Source: Alloascoidea hylecoeti (lineage: Eukaryota). Taken from it: a DNA stretch of 64,000 nucleotides. Of the stretch, positions 57,041 to 64,000 are shown in pieces (the stretch's first letter is position 1; the number at the start of each line of letters is the position of its first letter). The DNA lies in contig BCKZ01000002.1 of the NCBI GenBank assembly GCA_001600815.1, positions 1,496,294 through 1,560,293 on the forward strand, in the 5' to 3' direction. The translations under genes were made by a program, and so were the position numbers. The notes under the pieces are model-generated. The model saw only the letters and a program-made list of their open reading frames with translations, was not told where the DNA came from and did no database searches.

Positions 57041-58909
57041 ATGGGCTCAGATAGATTAATAGGCACATTATCCCGAATACAAGAAGGAGATGACAATGTT
57101 TCGGACTATCCAATAGCTGAATCAACTTTGCAATTGAATCATATGAATTCAAATGAAGTCTCAATAGACGAATGCCTTCTTAGTAATCTAAGGCAGCTAA
57201 ATTTGGTATCTAGATACGAAAATTCAGCACTTGAAAGTTATGATGAACGGCCTTCATCTTCTTTCTTAAGATTTGAAAAGAAACCTCAAAATAACCTAAT
57301 AAGTAAACATTTAACTGAAATATCCAGAAATTCTAGTGGATCTAGATCAAGTACCCCGGCCAAAGCTCTAAATTTAGAAGAGTTGCTTCTAAAACTTGTA
57401 TCATCTAGTGATATTGAATTACATAGTAATTCTATCGATGCAATTCAATCTTCAACAATTGATAATCAAAATTGGAAGAGTAGAAATTTGCCTACAGCCG
57501 AGAAGAGATATGGAATTTATAGTGGAAGAACACCAAGCTTAAACTCTTTTAAAGATGAAGAGGCCTCTCGCAACCATATTCTTACAAATTACGAACATCA
57601 CAAGAAGTTATATACGCTTCTATCAGAAACGATCAAAAATGAGATATACCCAGAACTAATCAACCTTCAAAGAAAGGTCGATGAGCTAAATAAATCGAGT
57701 TCAAGCGATGAATATGATTCAAGTAATAGTTATGAAAACGACGGTTCATTTGGTTCAACTTCCGACATGACTGTTCAAAGTACCTTGAATTCAACCCTCG
57801 ATTCAGAGATTTTACCTTTAGAAAGTGCCCAACCCCAAACAAATCTTAAATCAAATGATATAAACTTGAGATCAAATTCTTTTTGGGAGGGAAATAAGTC
57901 CGCTATGTATGAGATAGATCCTAATGAATGTAAAGATGATAATAATGATAAGTCATTAAATGATGGAGAGATCTCCAATAGCGGAATCGAACTAGATCTT
58001 CTTTCTCATAATCAAAAAGTTATTAAAGCGTTAATTGAAACTGAAGCGAATCGCGGCGAAACAGAACTTTACTCAACTGATATCGCAATTGATGATACAA
58101 TGGATGAGGTGAGGGACTCTGTGAAGAATCTATCAACCGAAGTGAATACAATATTCAAAAGGGTAAGTTTTAACTAATCAAAAATAAAATGTAAGTAGAA
58201 TTAAACTAACTACCTCATAATTATATAGTTGAGTCTTATTCGGTCTTTGGTGGAAGAAGACAATACTATTGTTTTACAGAAACTTAATCAACTATCTCCA
58301 CAGGTATTAAATGATGTACAACACCCAAGTATGAATATCACTCATAAAAATCAGACTTTAAGTGATCATGGCGATATGGATGGGACACATTTGCAAAATG
58401 AGTGAGTCAAATCTATTTTGTTTAATTGATTGCATAAATGAACTAATTTGATATTTAGGCCTCCAATCCCTCCCCCACATTTAGAGAAGTTTATAAATAA
58501 TCAAGATCGACACTTATTCTATGATAGTAGTACTTATAGCAGTGAACCTACTATTATTTCTCACGATATCATCAGATTACTCCCGAAACTTGACAAGTCC
58601 TTGCAATTGAAACCTCAATGTAATTCTATTGAATATGATCATTCTAGTTTCACTGATTTAAACACTGCCCCCAGAGCGTCTATAGCTAAAATAGATAAAA
58701 AGGTACAATTCCATGATCAACTCAAAACTTATCATGAGTATGTAAATGGAGTTTCTATGATCACACATGATAAACAGCCACAAAAGAAAAAGCCTATCAA
58801 GAAATTCTTTGGATTATTTAAGCATACACGAGAGATAACGCCAGTTATTGGCATTTCTAACAAGCAAGGTGATCTTCCTTTCATGGAATACAGTAATCAA
58901 AATAGATAA
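57041..58909 (+). CDS. Hypothetical Ser/acid-rich coiled-coil protein, 3 exons (57041-58162, 58229-58401, 58459-58909)
   Basis: Two introns (GTAAGT/ACTAAC/TAG and GTGAGT/ACTAAT/TAG) join the ORFs in frame. Confidence 0.72.
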
Positions 58910-59525
58910 TGTCATTGATAACTATACCCCCGAGAAGCATTTAAATAATGAAAAATTATTTATTTGTAAAAATTATTTCACTAACTATAGGCCACTTATG
59001 GCTGATATTCGCCTTAGAATTCGTTGAGATGTTTGGATGTGTGACTTCGGTGTCATGTCGTGACTCTTGTTTTTGCTTTATATGGATTTAAAGTTATTGT
59101 ATTTATATGATTTTTATTTATTTATTGATCTATTTGTTGATGAATTAATAACATCATGATCCTCTTATCAGTACATTCTGGAAATATTATTATAATTTAA
59201 TTAAGATTTATTTAAAATTAGTTCCAGAACTAATAAAGATGATTATTGTGACTATCAATAAATAGTTATATATATAGAATCACTTTCTGATCTTTTACAA
59301 GTTCAAGTGATTTGCAGTGAATGGTTTGTTTAATATAATATTTATCAGCTATAGGTATGTAAAATAAAACATTGTACTTTGGTAATGCTCTACTTGAACA
59401 TTGATGATCATATTAGTACTTATATCTAAAATGAGAGGTATTATATTTCATTGAAAATCCTATCCTCAAATGGCGTTATAAATGATCAATAAGAAATAAA
59501 GCTCTTCTCTGAAAAATACCAATTT

Positions 59526-62500
59526 TTATTTCGGTACCAAGGTGTGGGCCCGAGTGATACCAGGTAACTCAATTGAAGTTCTTAATCTATCCAAAGAAGT
59601 TCGCTCCTCATATGGTGATTTAGAAGTGCTTTTCTCTGGCAAAGGAGAAAGAACTGATGTTTCACGATGTCTTACGGAAACCAATTTTTGCATCAACGAT
59701 ATTCTTCTAATCTTGCTGTATCTTTTAGGAACCATTAATTTGTTATCTTCCTTTGTTAAGAGAGAATTTTGTTCAGTGTTGGTTTCATTATAGTTATTAT
59801 TATTATTATTATTGTATTCCAAATCTTTAGCAAAGGGATCATAACCAGCAATAGGCTTTTTAGAAAATTTTCCTAACTTCACCTGTTCCCTTATAATATC
59901 TATATCTTTAGGGAAATATATTGTTCTTATAGAATCAAATACAAATCTCGGTAAAATATTTACCACTATTCCCAAAAACAGGATACACCAGAAAGACATC
60001 GAACTGAATGTCTCGCTTGCTGCAGAGTAAAACTCTCCAGCATTTGTTCCTACTGTCCAAACTCCTGTCCAAAAGAAAATAACCAGAATACTGAGGAAGA
60101 TAATAAGTAAGCTTAACCAATCCCAACGATTTTGATGAAGAAGCACATAGATGTTACAAGAGGTTGAAGCTATTACACCAACCATGATACCGATCCAATA
60201 TCTATGATCTAATGATAATCCATCTCCCCTAACAAATCTTCCACTTGTATACATAAGGTAAGGGAAAAAGAAAGAAATAACCGATTGATACAAACCATCA
60301 AGCATATAACACCAAAATTTTGGCTGTGTCCATTCCTTTCTTAATATACCTGTCTTGTATAATTGTGGAACAAGTAAAGACACTGAATCTGAAACATCTT
60401 GATCCAAAACTCCAAGAAATATAACTGGAAGAGAAGTGAAAAATAAATTATAAAGCATTAAATAAGTATATTCAAAAAGATATGATCCATCAAAATCGTT
60501 ATAAACTGAATACCAAAATAATGATATAGTGAAAACAAAATTTTTATAAAAAAATAAAGGAATCATTTCTGCTAATCTTTTATATGACCATCTTCCATGA
60601 ACTAGAACCAATCTAGTTAAAAATTTAAATTGAGCAATTGCAAAATCAGAAGACATAACGGCTTGTCTGCCTTCTTCACCTGCAATACCAACACCAACAT
60701 CTGCAGCTTGAATCATTGCAACATCATTTGCTCCGTCTCCAATAGCCAAAGTCATAGCATCCAAAGTAGACTGAACCATCTTTACTACCTCAGCTTTTTG
60801 TGCAGGACTAACTCGACAACACAGAACAGATCGACATTGTTTACAAAGTAAGACAAATTTTTCCTGTAATCCAAATGATATGACAGATTGAAGGTCATCG
60901 CCATCTATTATAACTGCATGCTTTGGATGAGAAGTAGTATGATCCTTCCTTGCTCGCTTTAAATCTTCTTTACTACAAGTTAAATTTCCATCAAGCTCTT
61001 TTAAATATTTTGTTAGAAGATTATCTATTTCTTGTCTTGAATTACTATCTTGTGTTTTAATAACAAAAAGTTCCATTTCATTCTCCAGTAAATTACAAGA
61101 AAATCCAATATTCATTGCCGTTTCAAGCTTATCGCCAGTTAAAACCCATAATTTTATACCAGCTTCTCCAAACAATTCAATTGCTCTTGGAACACCATCT
61201 TGAAGTCTATCTTCAATTGCGGTTCCACCTAATAGCAAAAGATCTTTTTCAATTAATGATGAAGCCTTTTCAACAAGTTCCTCTCTATTTTCGATTGATG
61301 TAATCGCGGAATCATAGATTTGTTTCCAATCATTATACTCTTCAATAGATAGAGTCTTTTCGGCAATACATAAGGTTCTTAGACCTTCACTTGCAAATCC
61401 TTCTAATTGCATTGCAGTTTCAGCAAGAAATTCTGTTGAATTATTTATAGATAACCTTTCAAAAATAACGTTATCAGCACCTTTTGTTATTACTTTTATA
61501 ATTTTTTCATTGGATTTTAAAACATCATTGTTATCAGTTGGAATTTCAACTATAACACTCATTCTTTTTCTTGTTGAATTAAATTGAAGGGTTTCGAGGA
61601 TTTTAAATGATTTTTTTTCACCTTGAATACTAAGCTGTATTATATCACGAGTTTTTCCAAGATAACTTATACCAACATTTTTTGCTGTTGTTACCAATGC
61701 TTCTTCATCTGGTGATTGAGCTTTATATATTAAATTTTCCGGATTTTTAGGATCTGATGCAGTAACTACTGAATGGCACAATGCTAAAGATATCATAAAC
61801 TTCAAAACATCTTTCTGCTTTATTAAACCTTTATCACCGCTTAAAGCTCTTGTAAAATCAGATGAAACAAATGTTAAATTTGATTCAAAAGATGAGTTAT
61901 TAACATATTGATCAGGGTTCATTTCTCTTAATATATTTATCATTTCTTTTTTATCTGTTTCAATTGCAATTTTCATTTCATTTGATTCATTAATAATATC
62001 AATACCTTTTCTTTTACGTAATCCAGCAGTTGCATCAGAATAAGCTAAACCATATGGTGTCCCATTAATTGTACATTTTTTGAACTCCATTATATTCTGT
62101 GTTAATGTTCCAGTTTTATCTGAAAAAATATATTCAATTTGTCCTAAATCATCAGAAATATTCCATGTTTTTGGCGTACATGGATAATCTAGATTTTTAT
62201 AATACATTAAGACATCAGAATAAATTAACCAGGCTTGAAAAGTTTTAATAATTTCAATCGAAATATAAAGTGATATTGGTACTAACGTTTGATATAAATT
62301 GATTCCCACAAAGAAAGCAATTACACCATTTTTAATTGGAGTCCCACCATACGATTTAGAATCAAAATAAATACCAGAAGTATCAGTTCTTGCATAGTAT
62401 TTCCCATTTACAATTCCAGATACTAAACATAATATGAATAAGACAAAAAAATTGGTAATAATACTGAAATTTAATTCTCTTGTTATTCGACTTCTTTTTG

Positions 62501-64000
62501 AAGGAGTTATACCTGAATTTAACATTATTTTTGTTTCTGAACCAGTAAAAAGAACAACTCCAATAACCCATTTTGTATTTCTTAAAGTTGATCCACGTAA
62601 TAACAAATTATCAATTCCAATTGGTTCGGCAGAAACCTTCTCAGCATTAATATCGTTAGAATTCAAATTTCCATTAATATTATTAACCCATTTAAGAACA
62701 CCTTTAAAAGAGTACAAATCAGGTTTGGCACCTTCACATTCAATCCAAAACTTTAAATATTTAATACCTTGTATATGATTAATTTTTTTTTCAAAACATT
62801 TCATTGATTGTCTTGGTTTTAAGTTTGATTCTCCATCTAGATTTTTAGTTTCGGTATAACAAGTACCTTCAGTGTCATTACATGATAATATAAGTAAATC
62901 AGCGGGTATCTCATTATTGTTATTAATCAATAATATATCACCAACTTTTATATTTTTCCAATAATCTCTTTTAAACTTTATTTCTGCAGCTGCAGCTGGG
63001 GTTGTGGTAGTTTTCGATTTTGATTTTGATTTTGATCTTTTTAACTGTATTCTATTTACATCATCCATATTATAGTCATCAGGGGGTTGAAATTGATCAT
63101 ATGCATATGCATGTGGTACCATGAGTGTTTGTGATGAATTTAATTCAGAATCTATTCCTTTTAAAGACGTAATTGTATTCATTCTCATTAATTCAATGCC
63201 ATTTTCCTTTTCATTAATAATAGATCCAGGTGCCCTTCTATATTTTGTGCTTTTATTTGGATATGAACTCTTTTTAAATATTGAAGTAGATAGTCTTAGT
63301 AATTTAATCATAAATCTAGTAGTTGCCTTTTTGAACTTTCTCCATAATGAAACTTTATCTTCCTCAACATTTTGATTTAAGATGCCTTGCAATATATACA
63401 CAGAGGTATTATTCACTTCTGTATCACTTATTGTTCTCCTTGAGTCTTCAAGGGCATCTTTGATTCCTGTTATTGCTACAATGACGATTAGAGGAACAGC
63501 TGCTAGTACAGGTCCATCTACACCAAATAAAGCGAAAAACTAAATAATATCATCATATAAGTTTAAGTTAGTAAATGTATATATCATATTAATATCAGAT
63601 TTAAAGCATACCCCAAGAATTATACCAAATAGGAAATAAAGATTTGCAACATTATGAAACTGATAAATGAGATTTTTTGGGATAAATGATAAAGGAGTAT
63701 ATTTTGTAGTTCTTATTTTATTTCTTGGATATTCAACGTGTTTATAATCATTTTTTGGTAGTTCAGAGTTGATATAAATAGAACGATTTTGAGTGTTTAT
63801 GATATCAATAGGTCTTGAGATCCCAGGGAATTGTATATCATATAAGAAATATTGTAACTTCCATTTCCAATCTTTTTCATGAGAGAGAGGTTTCGGCTTA
63901 TTTTCTCTCTCTTGATCATGATTTTTGTTGTTAATTGTATTGATATGTGGCTGAATTAGAGAATCATGAGACCTGGTTCTATCTAGTCGGGAGAAAGTAC
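59526..64000 (-). CDS. DNF1: P4-ATPase lipid flippase Dnf1/Dnf2; 5' end outside the window; intron 63611-63540
   Basis: [30 protein letters not shown] and [15 protein letters not shown]...TACTAAC...TAG intron is in frame. Confidence 0.92.

Overview
This is AT-rich, intron-containing nuclear DNA from a budding yeast, probably an early-diverging Saccharomycotina lineage (inference from short GT-AG introns with (T)ACTAAC-like branch points, intron-hosted snoRNAs and CTG at conserved Leu sites). Recognisable genes: SEY1, DDP1, DAK1, YAT1, NUP2, RPS25, LYS5, ALR1, JAC1, POM33/PER33, a class II aldolase, an arrestin-like gene, SEC22, SPT5, an LCCL membrane protein, TPI1, SEF1 and a partial DNF1/2. 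RNA genes: tRNA-Glu(TTC), tRNA-Phe(GAA) and a snR57-snR55-snR61 cluster with each snoRNA in its own intron. Main signals not in the ORF track: (1) poly(A)-tailed 3' fragments of an L1-like non-LTR retrotransposon lying head-to-head about 76-78 bp upstream of both tRNA genes, suggesting a tRNA-targeting LINE; (2) a Ty3/gypsy relic 12 bp upstream of tRNA-Phe; (3) a spliced gene encoding only the TFIIB zinc ribbon; (4) two F-box paralogs whose C-terminal differences are almost all non-synonymous; (5) a predicted 2-nt micro-exon in the snoRNA host; (6) a MITE family. All homology calls are from recalled motifs and hand alignment; no searches were run.
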